Origin: a virus
IMG/VR virus record: IMGVR_UViG_3300044970_002959
Coordinates: 14,717 to 78,716 of that record
Length of the DNA: 64,000 nucleotides
Reading direction: 5' to 3' (one strand)
Part shown: positions 27,801 to 37,448 of the stretch, piece after piece
Position numbering within the stretch: the stretch's first letter is position 1
How the letters are laid out: each line of letters opens with the position of its first letter
Made by a program: the position numbers and the translations under genes
The notes under the pieces: model-generated
Told to the model about the DNA's origin: nothing
The model's input: only the letters and a program-made list of their open reading frames with translations
The model's database searches: none

Positions 27801-28871
27801 GACAGTCCATCTAGCGCGATGGCGGGCCAATTTAATCATGAAAATACAAGAAATAAGTTTTTGGACGATTGGTTAGCCAAGCCAGAAACATGGCCCATAG
27901 GTCCTGTGGATCTTAGATTCGACAGGGATAGGGGTGTATGGGTTTGTCCACCCCCAGATAGAATACTTTTAGCTGAACTAACCGCAGAGCTTAAAGAGAG
28001 CGGATGCGCGGAGGCAAAATTATTAAATCCAACACTAAGCGGTTCGGGCTGTAGCAACCCAAAAGCATTTTATGATCAGTATAAAATTTGGGGCAGTAAT
28101 GGCGAAAGTTTAATTGATCAAATAGAAAAACAAAAAATAACAGTTTATAATTTTTTAAATAATACAAGTATATCTAAGGGTGAAAAAATATATGTAGTAT
28201 ATAATGATGATAAGTATTTAGCCATACCTAAAGGAGGAGGCTCCAAGATCAAGGTTTGCAAATATGAAGGGGAATGGAAAATAAATGAAGCAAAAGACGT
28301 TACCCCCTATAAGGTTACTGGAGAGAAAAATCATAAAACAGATCCAAGCAAAGGAAATTTAGAAGGAGATGGTGATTATCAACCGGTAAAGGCATTAAAT
28401 TTACTCAGGACAGTTAAACCAAATTCTGACGGAGAGGAGACTTGGTGCATAATAGCCGACATCGGATCTTCTTTTCATGTTGTTATAGCCTTTGGTAGTG
28501 GTTGTCCCTCTGGTCATATGGACGCCGGGCTTATTGATCCTAATGCTGATATGGAAGCCGCTCTAGATAATATAACTCAGGGAAGCGAGAAGGTGCAAAT
28601 TTTGGTTAACAACAAAGGGTGTGCTACTTGGTGGAATTTAGAGGCGGTTGATGTTTTAAAAGATGCATCTCTAGAATCCTCAGAACTTAAGTTTGATAAG
28701 AAAAAAATATTTGCACTTATTTCTAGCGAAGAGATAGAGCCAGCAACCATACCCGTGGCTGCTTGCGAGGAAGAAACTGGTAGTGGCGTTAGTGCAAGTT
28801 CCGATGGGGAATCCCCGGTCGATAGCGAACCACCTCCGGAATTACCTGGAGGTCGAGGGCCACCCTTTTAA
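24819..28871 (+). CDS. Putative baseplate hub/tail tip protein
   Basis: 1350 aa, last gene of tail block; FGGIV..Y..IIDPR N-terminus, INSINVNYNSGGATTNY late-hub-like segment, coiled coil; no catalytic motif. Confidence 0.5.
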   Translation: MPTSCSNVGMPASLRYANGGGPVIDGDVKLSNFSLVIGIGSSSSNLDLEMVYNNCGGAGGVQLPPIGSAVRFQCGALYFGGIVNSCTYSQNSNGISYKFKIIDPRKVLEMVSVMLKDYYCALNAPNFINAMYYMEQGVGVCPNPGSDTENWPRLGGCGSFGRSGGPSSTYLKMALMAVQTSNAPIYTTSGDMLRLNISSVVAACPQYATVSGSSSSLLGLITQACDEGACDFTVTLEGNAITVWTIKRFEQPPTKVIENIISAAQSTGTLISSEIGFEEMYGSANKVVLGEKVSYMTTAQTRGRASMMLGYDSSGQPVRVYGANFTANIDISGLSESMRSLAGVGLPNMFPITEEEILCSGSVELWKLYGTIKPGSLAGYLLRALGIQQKMRPVYDAFMRLMSGGDQAASNLNTVNRSPRFAAKEPKVVLFELAHKWLTDWAADWYGKKWLIPINSFCVSPLPMTSVISDGGPYYMSDAPTDAGWPTNANLLGLSYGSDTSIFESSDGKLCGFVVLPLSESISRNIYGKSIDFVLSPDGLSGDYLLKNNRAYIKVNTDGPVFRNGNTAEVLITSPFMGMTAKLNENLLSFGLTALACLMQDASVLKQMETRQSGYADITSSNIYKMGMASAGFDFATIPMKSNVYVYGPWTGGAGAIGGTEVISTDLSPWNYGTYEAMERVGSTLASTGFRNSNITETGSMTVAEPPGYSIQYFLGFGVLINSINVNYNSGGATTNYNFQTYSAKFGQYGKALADSVKQSVKARNEIFSFVKEQRRRTIALTNTMRSSFSRATSINTFRTEYRSSINSASPGNVLVGGYHDPSAQRKVIEIGLNSKKEYETAVEGAGFQNMAIMSLDGLFMPVSIKGRNNYLPRYMANFKYEKGNKSRKTRPSMPPLNGDQDNTSKAFPINQTYLNPILSSSMFSEWTDGRGRSSSTTIQALGFGTNSPSQDLYGPIDSKYDSQTDFGFYALRGPLVLQSWGYDTENKPIPNAVDSPSSAMAGQFNHENTRNKFLDDWLAKPETWPIGPVDLRFDRDRGVWVCPPPDRILLAELTAELKESGCAEAKLLNPTLSGSGCSNPKAFYDQYKIWGSNGESLIDQIEKQKITVYNFLNNTSISKGEKIYVVYNDDKYLAIPKGGGSKIKVCKYEGEWKINEAKDVTPYKVTGEKNHKTDPSKGNLEGDGDYQPVKALNLLRTVKPNSDGEETWCIIADIGSSFHVVIAFGSGCPSGHMDAGLIDPNADMEAALDNITQGSEKVQILVNNKGCATWWNLEAVDVLKDASLESSELKFDKKKIFALISSEEIEPATIPVAACEEETGSGVSASSDGESPVDSEPPPELPGGRGPPF

Positions 28872-28895
28872 CCGTCCGAATAAGTAGATAATAAC

Positions 28896-29696
28896 TTACT
28901 TATTCGGTAAAATCATAAGATGATTATGTAGTGGTTCTTTTGTAAGAAATACTGTTTTTGTGGAGCAAATTTTACGCTCGTCGAAACCTTTTAATTTTTT
29001 TCCATACATGACTATATCTCCATATAAAGACGTTTTATATAGCTTGTGCTCAGGAGACTTTACTATCTCTACAAATTCATAATTATTGGTGTCTACTATT
29101 AATTCCTTTGCGTGTCGAGGATTTTCTTTTTTTTGTAGTGAAATAATTATTTTAGTTGGGTCTTTTGATAGATATGAAACCTTATGAATATATTGATTTA
29201 ATGAGACTAATGTTTTTTTGGAGCCGTTTCTATGATTTATATAAATATGTATATCATCATTATCTAAAAATTTAGTTCTAACAAATAGACAGTTATTTAT
29301 AAAGCCATGATAAGACATAACATTTGTATCATGCGCTAACGACATATGCTCTAATGAATAACCAAGCATTTTATAAAGCCTGTAGGTTGGCTTTTCCGGA
29401 GTGCTCGCAAGAAAAGAAATAACTACTTGATTGTTTTTATTGATATATCCGGTTGGAGAACACTCTACAGTACCAGAAGGTAATCCCGTATTAAAAAGAC
29501 CCCACTGTTGAGTCACCGCATTAATATATCCAACACGCCAATCTTTTCCTGGAAAATCTGGATTATCAAAACCAATAGAAAATAATAGAATTTTATCGCT
29601 CAAGATGAAAGGCATATGAGTATTTATTCCTTTCGCATGCAGATCATCTAACACAGAGCAGAAAGGAGTTTTGGTCTCAGTAAACAAATTGTTCAT
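28896..29696 (-). CDS. Hypothetical protein (beta-rich, possibly propeller-like)
   Basis: 266-aa ORF overlapping upstream neighbour. Confidence 0.5.
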   Translation of the reverse strand: MNNLFTETKTPFCSVLDDLHAKGINTHMPFILSDKILLFSIGFDNPDFPGKDWRVGYINAVTQQWGLFNTGLPSGTVECSPTGYINKNNQVVISFLASTPEKPTYRLYKMLGYSLEHMSLAHDTNVMSYHGFINNCLFVRTKFLDNDDIHIYINHRNGSKKTLVSLNQYIHKVSYLSKDPTKIIISLQKKENPRHAKELIVDTNNYEFVEIVKSPEHKLYKTSLYGDIVMYGKKLKGFDERKICSTKTVFLTKEPLHNHLMILPNK

Positions 29697-30279
29697 ATAT
29701 CTTACTTTGTTCGTATGCGTACTTGCCTATGGTTTTGCTAAGTTTTCCAATGGCTTCCATTTGATCGGATGGCAGGACCACCTCTTTCCTTTTATTGCTC
29801 TCTGAGAGTCTAAAGGCTTGTTCTAGTCGTAAATTGCAGTTTATCCACAGCGCCTCGTGCATATGCTCAAGCATAAAATATGCCTGCTTTATTGACTTAA
29901 ATGGAGCAACAGTGTTTATGGGTACGTCTCTGGTCTGAAAACCAGCATGTGTATCCATAAAGACCCCGTTACTAGCAAAAAAGCAAACGCGATCTGGTAC
30001 TGGAGGCTTGAAACTATCTGGAGGGAACTCGTCCAGCTTCTGATTTAGGACTATATTATTCTCTATGAGACCATTTACAAAATTTTCCATTTGTTCTGTT
30101 AGTTTGGTTTTATTCGTAGTAAGAGTTTCTATAAAAATATTATCATCTTTTTTTAAGGTGAGATAATAGCTAACCAAGCAGAGTATTTTTCTGATTAGTT
30201 TTACATCGCATCTTAAAAGATCTAAGAAATATTCATAAGAAACAATCACACGATCCTGCTCAAAGGTTTGCTCTGCCAT
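29677..30279 (-). CDS. Hypothetical protein
   Basis: 200-aa ORF with AAGGA RBS. Confidence 0.6.
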   Translation of the reverse strand: MAEQTFEQDRVIVSYEYFLDLLRCDVKLIRKILCLVSYYLTLKKDDNIFIETLTTNKTKLTEQMENFVNGLIENNIVLNQKLDEFPPDSFKPPVPDRVCFFASNGVFMDTHAGFQTRDVPINTVAPFKSIKQAYFMLEHMHEALWINCNLRLEQAFRLSESNKRKEVVLPSDQMEAIGKLSKTIGKYAYEQSKIYEQFVY

Positions 30280-30306
30280 TGGGTCCTTTCTTGCTGTTTT
30301 TATAAT

Positions 30307-30969
30307 TTATGGCACTATGGGATCTGGCATATTGTCTTCCCATGGTATACCTGGGCCGTTGTGGTCTGCTATGGCTGGCACACAAGGATCAGGTCCAGGC
30401 CATATAACTTTCCCATTTTTTCTACACCCTATTTGAAGCTGTAATACATACCTACACGAAAGATCTCCATCACAGTGTAGTCCCAAGATAAGACTACCTA
30501 GTATCGCTGCTATGGTTTGTGTGTCCAACAGACCCATACTATGAGCTAGATACAACAAGGGAGAGCCCCATAATAAACTAGCAAAAGTAAAAGGAGAATC
30601 CTTTGTGACGCATGGCGGCTCATACGGCATCGGATAACATGCATCATTTGGTAATCCATTTAATTCGCCATTATCAATCTGTCCTGATTTTATAACCTGA
30701 CAGGTTGGTAAATTAATAATTCTCCAGTCTGTGCCACCACGACACTCAGACGGAGCGTCTTTGATCTTTTTGTATTTAGAAAATCCTTTCGCACACTTGG
30801 AAACTCCAGGCCAAACAATAGGTCTGATTAAAGTAACCGTAGTAACAATACAGCCACCCGAGCAACAGCAACAACCCTTTCCGTCGCTACCAGCAAAAAC
30901 AAGAGAAGCTCCTCTTTTTAGCAGATTCGAGACCCCGTCTTTACTGAAGATAGTTAATGAGTTGGCCAT
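30307..30969 (-). CDS. Cys-rich hypothetical protein (CCCC motif, hydrophobic segment)
   Basis: GCCCCSGGC near the N-terminus, many further Cys, hydrophobic stretch in the C-terminal half. Confidence 0.55.
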   Translation of the reverse strand: MANSLTIFSKDGVSNLLKRGASLVFAGSDGKGCCCCSGGCIVTTVTLIRPIVWPGVSKCAKGFSKYKKIKDAPSECRGGTDWRIINLPTCQVIKSGQIDNGELNGLPNDACYPMPYEPPCVTKDSPFTFASLLWGSPLLYLAHSMGLLDTQTIAAILGSLILGLHCDGDLSCRYVLQLQIGCRKNGKVIWPGPDPCVPAIADHNGPGIPWEDNMPDPIVP

Positions 30970-30982
30970 CTTATCTTAATTA

Positions 30983-31312
30983 TTATTTACTGGACGAGTC
31001 CTTGGACCATTTATGCCATCCCTTATTTGGCAAATAATTACCGTCATCATCTTTGCGCTTAGGGAATAGAGTGCCTCCCTTTTTGTGCTGACCAAAAGCA
31101 AGAAGAGCGCCGCAGTCGTTACACCTTAATTCATAGTAATCATTGCCATCCACATTTCTCACCACAAAACGTAAATTATCCTTTCCGCACAAGCCACACT
31201 TTTCTTCTCCAAAAATTTCTTGTATTAAAGCCAACTCCTTAAAGATCTCTTTTTGACCAGAGCCCTCAAGTTCAAATGCTAGCTTATTATTAACGTTATA
31301 TATAACTTTCAT
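30983..31312 (-). CDS. Zinc-ribbon protein
   Basis: CGLC...CNDC. Confidence 0.65.
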   Translation of the reverse strand: MKVIYNVNNKLAFELEGSGQKEIFKELALIQEIFGEEKCGLCGKDNLRFVVRNVDGNDYYELRCNDCGALLAFGQHKKGGTLFPKRKDDDGNYLPNKGWHKWSKDSSSK

Positions 31313-31324
31313 AGATAATCTCCA

Positions 31325-32026
31325 CTATTTCCAATTACTATCGTATCCCTTTAGCTCTGACGGAATATTTTTAGTATCTTGTTGGTAAGATGACAAGTTT
31401 TTGATAATGTCAACAGCGACACTATGCTCTATATTATAAACATTTTTATCGGTGTGTCCACTAGAATTTAATAATTTTTCCATACTAATATCTAGTCTTC
31501 TAGCTAATACATCCATAAAATTAAGCTGATTATTACTTACCTTAGAAATATTGGCTCCATCTGGATGGTCTTCTGTTTCCGTAGCCAATTCGTCAGCAGT
31601 TACTACCTTTCTTAGTCTTAGTGCTCGTCTTAGCGCTCTGCCTTCGGCTCGTGTTTCTGCTACCGCTACCGGATGATTGCGAAAAATCTTATCGCAATTC
31701 CCCCAGTAAACATCCGCCGCGCCACTGACCGTTTTTGGATTTCTTTCCTTATCTCCGTTTAAAACATATGCTAGCGTATGAACTACTGTTGCTCGTTTTT
31801 CATTATCAATAGTAGGAGACTGAACAACATCAGAAATAGAATCAACTATTTCGCAGTTCATTGCTATTTCAAAGATTCTCCTGAGTCCGTCCGTGGTAGG
31901 ATTGTCATCTATCTTCTCGTCGTCGTGCAGAAGACCAAGAACATAATCATTCCACTCTATATCATGATATGAGATCTTTTTGTCTTTTGTATTATTGTCC
32001 TTGGATTCTTTTACCTTTTCTGCCAT
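31325..32026 (-). CDS. Rad52/Sak-like single-strand annealing protein
   Basis: VAETRAEGRALRRAL resembles the Rad52/22-family helix motif. Confidence 0.55.
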   Translation of the reverse strand: MAEKVKESKDNNTKDKKISYHDIEWNDYVLGLLHDDEKIDDNPTTDGLRRIFEIAMNCEIVDSISDVVQSPTIDNEKRATVVHTLAYVLNGDKERNPKTVSGAADVYWGNCDKIFRNHPVAVAETRAEGRALRRALRLRKVVTADELATETEDHPDGANISKVSNNQLNFMDVLARRLDISMEKLLNSSGHTDKNVYNIEHSVAVDIIKNLSSYQQDTKNIPSELKGYDSNWK

Positions 32027-32820
32027 TAGCAGTCTCCTATTGTTATGAGTCTATTATCAATGTCCGGAAACTTAGTTTCTATTTGCTTTATTTGTTTCAG
32101 AACAGATTCCCAGATGATCCGCCCCCTGGTTGGTGAGTAGTCCTTGGTCTGTTTTATTCTAATCAGAACGCAGCCCTTGCCAAGGAGTAGTCCAGTTTTC
32201 TTGTTGTCATACTTTATGTTTCTGTTAAGAGCATCCTCTCCCCACACTGGTAAAAAATGTGATGGTCCATCTACCTCAATAGCAATATTTAAAGACGGAA
32301 TAAATATGTCTATTTGTAGTTTGGTGTTAAGTATAGACTGTTCTTTATGAAACTCTGGCTTATAACCAGCTTTTAGTAATTCTGAGAGTAAAAATTTTTC
32401 TAATTTTGATCCCTGCTTACTAGTGTCCCTTACGGCTTTATTAGCTGAGTCTATCATGTTTTGTCTTTCGTCTTCCGATAGACTATCCCAGTGTTGTTTT
32501 GCTTTTTCTTTTCGTTGACGCAAACAAGCCTCATCCATATTTTCCCAACTACTTAAAACCCCCTCCCCTATTTTTCTTTTTGTTTGCTCTGGCCTATTTT
32601 TGCCTTTTGTTGGGTGTTTGTGCGTTCCGGTAGATAGTGCATTTTTTTGAGCTTCACTTTTGTCTCTTATTTGTATATTAAACTTTTTTGCATCTCTTCT
32701 AATTTTATTAGCATAAGTATTATATATCTCAGCTATTTGTTGAAAAGATTTTTTTTCTAAACAATATAGTTTATTAATGATCTCTGTTTTTTTGCTATCA
32801 GACAAGTCTTCGTATTTCAT
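32026..32820 (-). CDS. Vsr/DUF559-like endonuclease with N-terminal HTH and NUMOD3-like segment (probable homing endonuclease)
   Basis: SKLE...IDIFIP..IAIEVDGPSH...D; HPTKGKNRPEQTKRKIG. Confidence 0.7.
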   Translation of the reverse strand: MKYEDLSDSKKTEIINKLYCLEKKSFQQIAEIYNTYANKIRRDAKKFNIQIRDKSEAQKNALSTGTHKHPTKGKNRPEQTKRKIGEGVLSSWENMDEACLRQRKEKAKQHWDSLSEDERQNMIDSANKAVRDTSKQGSKLEKFLLSELLKAGYKPEFHKEQSILNTKLQIDIFIPSLNIAIEVDGPSHFLPVWGEDALNRNIKYDNKKTGLLLGKGCVLIRIKQTKDYSPTRGRIIWESVLKQIKQIETKFPDIDNRLITIGDC

Positions 32821-32822
32821 AG

Positions 32823-33197
32823 CTATTGACCTATTTCTTTAATAGATTTGATCTTAATAATCTTTTCGTTGTTTAGTGTTGTTTCATCATCACCCATATA
32901 GAAATATGTGTTGTTTGGAAAAGCAGACAATAGCCAGTCATCATTAATGCTTTCTAAAATAACATTTGCTTTTCCGGACCCAAGATAAATAGAATGAAAA
33001 ATCGGCATGAATAGGTTTTCTCTTAATAGATTGATGTCAGAATAAAGAGCATAAATGTATTTATTTAGATTCTCTTTTTCTGAGAGCATCGTTTGTAACT
33101 CTACGAATCTAGGATCAGTAAGAATGTCCTGAGTAATTTCATTATAATATAAAGCTATATTAATTGGCATGTTTTTTGATGAATCTACAGATAGCAT
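32823..33197 (-). CDS. Hypothetical protein (end of glycosylation cluster)
   Basis: ORF in operon; probable start at MPINIAL. Confidence 0.5.
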   Translation of the reverse strand: MLSVDSSKNMPINIALYYNEITQDILTDPRFVELQTMLSEKENLNKYIYALYSDINLLRENLFMPIFHSIYLGSGKANVILESINDDWLLSAFPNNTYFYMGDDETTLNNEKIIKIKSIKEIGQ

Positions 33198-33828
33198 TTT
33201 TTTGTCTCATATTGTTAAAGTAAATAAAATCTTTGTCATCTATTTTAGATTTGTTAACCAAAGATCCTGTTTCAACTAATTTATTTATCATTTCAAAATA
33301 TAGTAAATTATATCTTTGATAAAATAATTCATTTTTAATTTTATTGGTTTCTTTTTCAGCTAAGAAAAATATATTACAAAACTTGTGTTGTGGCAAATCT
33401 AGAAACATATGTTCTACCCTATCATTTGCCGTTATACATCCAACTCCAAGATCCGCACACTTATCTGTAGTTATAATAGTAGAATTTTCGAATGAGTCTA
33501 TCTTTTGTAAGATGCTGGGATTAAATAAACATCCATAATCTATAAAGCATACCTTTTCATTTTTAGATTCTTTACATCCCGCGTATATAGGATTTAAGTT
33601 ATTGCTGTCAATAACTTTTATATTTTTACCAAAAGCCTTTTGCAGCTTCTGAAAATCAAAGTCGGCAACTATCACAATCTCTACATTTTTGGCTTTCTTT
33701 TTTTTGATCCACGATATTTGATAATCAAGCAATCTATAATTATTAAATGTCATAAGCCCTTTAGAGCCAAAAGATTTCATTCCCTTGTCTATATGACATG
33801 CGACTATAACATATGTAATTTTATGCAT
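33160..33828 (-). CDS. Sugar-phosphate nucleotidyltransferase-like protein (degenerate)
   Basis: VIVAC..KGMKSFGSKGL..LLDYQI resembles the GT-A/NTase AAGxGxRM..PKxL start. Confidence 0.55.
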   Translation of the reverse strand: MHKITYVIVACHIDKGMKSFGSKGLMTFNNYRLLDYQISWIKKKKAKNVEIVIVADFDFQKLQKAFGKNIKVIDSNNLNPIYAGCKESKNEKVCFIDYGCLFNPSILQKIDSFENSTIITTDKCADLGVGCITANDRVEHMFLDLPQHKFCNIFFLAEKETNKIKNELFYQRYNLLYFEMINKLVETGSLVNKSKIDDKDFIYFNNMRQKNAICRFIKKHAN

Positions 33829-34255
33829 TGTTTTTGCCGCACTTTATAGAGTATTGGACTCCATTTACAAACTTTGATTCCAAGATAACCAATCCAGCAT
33901 CTTTAAGCAATGTTATTATCCTGCCCATACTGCTAATATTCTTTTTGTGCTGAGAAAATACTAGATTATTATATGTTTCTATGTCTATTTGATTATTCAA
34001 TACGGCAGAACTGACCCCATAGATATCCGTAGCCTGAATGCAAAGAACTCCGTCACTATCCAAGCAGCTTGATACCTCTTCAAGAAAAGAGTTTTTTTGA
34101 ATATTGTCTATAAAGTCGAGTAGATCTAGTATAAAAATTTCTTTCGCTTTTTTAATCTTCTTGATCTTATTATATTCTATAAATTGTAAATCTTGTGGTA
34201 TTATTGGTAGTTCCGAATGATACACAAAATATTTCTTACTCTTATTGCTCGTCAT
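33821..34255 (-). CDS. Truncated SAM-methyltransferase-like protein
   Basis: FLEEVSSCLDSDGVLCI..D..H......LLKDAGL resembles the class I MTase C-half; no GxG motif. Confidence 0.4.
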   Translation of the reverse strand: MTSNKSKKYFVYHSELPIIPQDLQFIEYNKIKKIKKAKEIFILDLLDFIDNIQKNSFLEEVSSCLDSDGVLCIQATDIYGVSSAVLNNQIDIETYNNLVFSQHKKNISSMGRIITLLKDAGLVILESKFVNGVQYSIKCGKNNA

Positions 34256-34727
34256 TATCTTTTATCTTTACAACCGATTTTATTAGGTCGTATATCAGAT
34301 CCCTCCACTGGTTGATTGATTCTGTTTTTGTAGTATCATACAACATAATTTTGTCATGAATTCTCCCCCAAGAATCATAAATAAGATCACTAATGGCTAT
34401 CTGTAGTGTTGGTTCTATTTCAATATTATTTTTAGTGTCTATAGTAATATTTCTAGGCTTATGATCATGATCTACTATCAGTAGGGGACTATGAAAGTAT
34501 TTTGCTGATTCTATACATTTTTCTAAATGACTAATCCTAGAATTACATATGATGATATCTATAGAGGCAAACCCAAAATATGTGTGGTCAAATTCTAAAA
34601 AGGATGGCTTATCCAAGCACTTATCAATAAAGTTTTTGAACATTATATTGTCTGTTGGCGTCCATAAAACGTTAATAACGTCTTGTTTTTGGAGAAATTC
34701 TCTATGTAATATAGACGATAGTATCAT
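34242..34727 (-). CDS. Hypothetical protein, possible GT-B N-domain fragment
   Basis: DIIIC..PLLIVDH..IAIS pattern; adjacent to glycosyltransferases. Confidence 0.4.
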   Translation of the reverse strand: MILSSILHREFLQKQDVINVLWTPTDNIMFKNFIDKCLDKPSFLEFDHTYFGFASIDIIICNSRISHLEKCIESAKYFHSPLLIVDHDHKPRNITIDTKNNIEIEPTLQIAISDLIYDSWGRIHDKIMLYDTTKTESINQWRDLIYDLIKSVVKIKDNDEQ

Positions 34728-35836
34728 AGACCCCTCAACATATCAGCAACGGAATCCATAGAACATCTCTTTAATTTCGCTCGCTGTTTTTCTATTCTTT
34801 TTACTTTGTCTGATTCGTTCTCAAGAATAGCCATCTCCATTTTTCGCACCAAGTCGTGCAAGTCTGGCTTCTGCCATTCTTGAAAGACGGTATTATACAT
34901 AAAATATGGCTTATGGTTTTCTTCGCAAGGAACTGTCGTAGAAGATACTAACAGTCCAAAACCGTCATCTAAAAGATCTTCTACTCCTGTGTTTTCGCTC
35001 ACAATAATATTATTATCGAATGCTAGAGCCTCTAGCGATGGATAGCCAAAGCTTTCCCCACTAGAAATACTAACTAAACAATCTCCTCGGTTGTGAAGAT
35101 GTAATATATTTTTATATTCAGTATTACCAACTATAATTCTTGGCTGCCTTTCATGGTCTTTAGATATTGGAAACACAGTATTATTAATTTCTATGCTTTC
35201 TTTGATATGACTATTAGATATAATATGCTCAGCTAGATTTTTGTTTTTTGTTTTGATAATCAAGTTAACATAGTCATATCTTGAACAAATAATGGCGTGA
35301 GCTAGCATGGTTGTTAGCATATTTTTTCTGGTAGAAAAGTCTCCCAAAGAATAGAACGTAAAACCGTCCGACTTTTTCTCGTTTAGCTCTCTAAAACTAC
35401 CAAAAAAATCTAGATCTATCGGCTCTGGAACAATATGCAGTGGCTTGTCGCTCACTCCAGCGCCAACAATAGCATCACGACAGGTTTTGGATCCTACTAT
35501 TATTTCATCCACAAGCCTAAAATATTGAGCCATATCGTTTGCATAATTATATGACTCTAAATGAATAAGGCCTATTGTTTTTCCCACCTTATTATTATAT
35601 TGCATCTGGTGTGGATAACAATGCTGTATGCAAGTATGATATGATGTACTACTATTTTTTTCCAGATCTAGGATTTCTTTTTCTATCTCCGACTCTGGAT
35701 ACGGACAAAACGCATTATATATTGGTCTTATAGAAACGTGATGGCCAGCCCTATTTAGGGCTTGTATATATCTTCTAGAAGCATTACCCATGCCGCTAAA
35801 TTCTCTATATGGGCCGATATATAAAATATTACTCAT
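34724..35836 (-). CDS. GT4-family (GT-B) glycosyltransferase
   Basis: SGMGNASR, RKN, GESFGYPSLEALA. Confidence 0.85.
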   Translation of the reverse strand: MSNILYIGPYREFSGMGNASRRYIQALNRAGHHVSIRPIYNAFCPYPESEIEKEILDLEKNSSTSYHTCIQHCYPHQMQYNNKVGKTIGLIHLESYNYANDMAQYFRLVDEIIVGSKTCRDAIVGAGVSDKPLHIVPEPIDLDFFGSFRELNEKKSDGFTFYSLGDFSTRKNMLTTMLAHAIICSRYDYVNLIIKTKNKNLAEHIISNSHIKESIEINNTVFPISKDHERQPRIIVGNTEYKNILHLHNRGDCLVSISSGESFGYPSLEALAFDNNIIVSENTGVEDLLDDGFGLLVSSTTVPCEENHKPYFMYNTVFQEWQKPDLHDLVRKMEMAILENESDKVKRIEKQRAKLKRCSMDSVADMLRGL

Positions 35837-35837
35837 C

Positions 35838-37448
35838 TTATCTGTTTAAAAAAGAATCTGTTAATGTGATTTCGCCACTCCGTACTTTTTCACAATATAT
35901 CTTATTATTCAAATAAATTTCTAGCGTTTGAACAGCCGACTTTTTATCAAAATTATTCATAGAATTACCAGCTACAGAATAACCCTCATCCATACTGCGA
36001 ATAAGATTTTGTATAAATGATGTTTTAATTAGCTCTGGCGATTTGATAATATTATTTACTATCCAGTAAACAAACTCTCTGTTATTGACTATGTTATTAG
36101 GCACTGGTGTTGAGGGGCTTGTAGTCATTGGTGTTCCCCATAGATTTTTGACCGACAGCGAATCAAAAACCTCCATCATTTTTTGCGCTGTTCTATTCCA
36201 GCTATAATTATCAACCAAAAGCCTTCTTGTTCTCTTAGATATCGCCGTCTTTTCTGATTTTGGTAAACTAATCCATTTTTTTAGTTCAGATACAAGATGA
36301 TCATTGTCCGGGACCGCCCGCTCTGCTCCGGTCTCTAGTTCTTTACAAAGCCTATTATTGATTTTGATTCCTTGAACCTTATTGGTTATCTCCTCCATAC
36401 CGCTATAGTTGACAGCAAAAATCGGAATCCCACATGAGGCAGCCTCTAATTGGGGTATGCCAAGACCTTCACAAATGGCATATTGGACATAAACATCAAA
36501 ACAATTATATATCTCATTAAGACACTTATTTGAAACGCCATGTATTACATTGGGAAATATATAAAAAGACTCCGAATCGCCTTTGGAATATCTTATTTTG
36601 GGTCCCTTATATGGAGATATTACTATATCGTTCTTTTCTGGGGAGTAGTATGTGAATAAAACATTATTAGCAACCCCAAACTCTTGTAATAGTTCTGGTA
36701 TATTCCATCCCTGAGCTTCCGGAAAAGATGTATGCAAATATAAGTAAATCTTATTGTCTGCACCAATATCATCTAAAAGCTTTCTTAATGCCCTAAATAG
36801 CTCAGGTATTAATTTTCTTTTTTGGTTTCTCATCACAGAGCCTATAATAATAGAGTCTGGTGGTAGACCATATTTTGCTTTGTGATAAGCCTTTGTGTAA
36901 CTAATTGGCTTAAAGGTCTCTGGATCCACAGAGTCTGTAACGCAACCCTGTACGTTTATTGGCCTGCTAAGAGCCCTCAAGTAATCGGCAGCCCAATCTG
37001 TGTGTGTTAAAACAACATCGGCGTTCTCGTATGTTTTTATCCATTCTGGTCTTTGAGGTATAGAATCTATCGTCGGTGCCACTACCCAGTGATAATATTT
37101 GCGCAGCGGGGACGTTTCTTGATATGCGAACATCCAGTAGTCCCTAATATCAAAAACAATATCTGGCTTGAAGTGAAGTACAGTCTTCTCAAATCTCCAC
37201 TGTCCAAACTGATTTACCGGATTAGACTTATAAAGATCTCTTTCTGGTGTGTTGTCTGACGGTTCGTTCGGATATACTTTCCACGGAACATCGCTGTTCT
37301 CAGCATCTTCTTTTCTGTAGGATGCGAATTCCGCAATTTCAAAATCTTTGCGCTCGTATAGGCTGGTTAAGATTTCTTTGGTATATCGACCAAATCCAGA
37401 ATTAACCCCATGATACTCCGCACACATCAAGATTCTTTTTTTTGTCAT
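35838..37448 (-). CDS. GT4-family (GT-B) glycosyltransferase
   Basis: SGFGRY, RNQKRK, EGLGIPQLEAASCGIP, YSW. Confidence 0.9.
   Translation of the reverse strand: MTKKRILMCAEYHGVNSGFGRYTKEILTSLYERKDFEIAEFASYRKEDAENSDVPWKVYPNEPSDNTPERDLYKSNPVNQFGQWRFEKTVLHFKPDIVFDIRDYWMFAYQETSPLRKYYHWVVAPTIDSIPQRPEWIKTYENADVVLTHTDWAADYLRALSRPINVQGCVTDSVDPETFKPISYTKAYHKAKYGLPPDSIIIGSVMRNQKRKLIPELFRALRKLLDDIGADNKIYLYLHTSFPEAQGWNIPELLQEFGVANNVLFTYYSPEKNDIVISPYKGPKIRYSKGDSESFYIFPNVIHGVSNKCLNEIYNCFDVYVQYAICEGLGIPQLEAASCGIPIFAVNYSGMEEITNKVQGIKINNRLCKELETGAERAVPDNDHLVSELKKWISLPKSEKTAISKRTRRLLVDNYSWNRTAQKMMEVFDSLSVKNLWGTPMTTSPSTPVPNNIVNNREFVYWIVNNIIKSPELIKTSFIQNLIRSMDEGYSVAGNSMNNFDKKSAVQTLEIYLNNKIYCEKVRSGEITLTDSFLNR

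Noticed and set aside
844-28057. Numerous antisense and alternate-frame ORFs of 60-235 aa in the ORF track
   Set aside because: They are shadows of long coding genes, without RBS or recognisable motifs; the same applies to + strand ORFs within the - strand block
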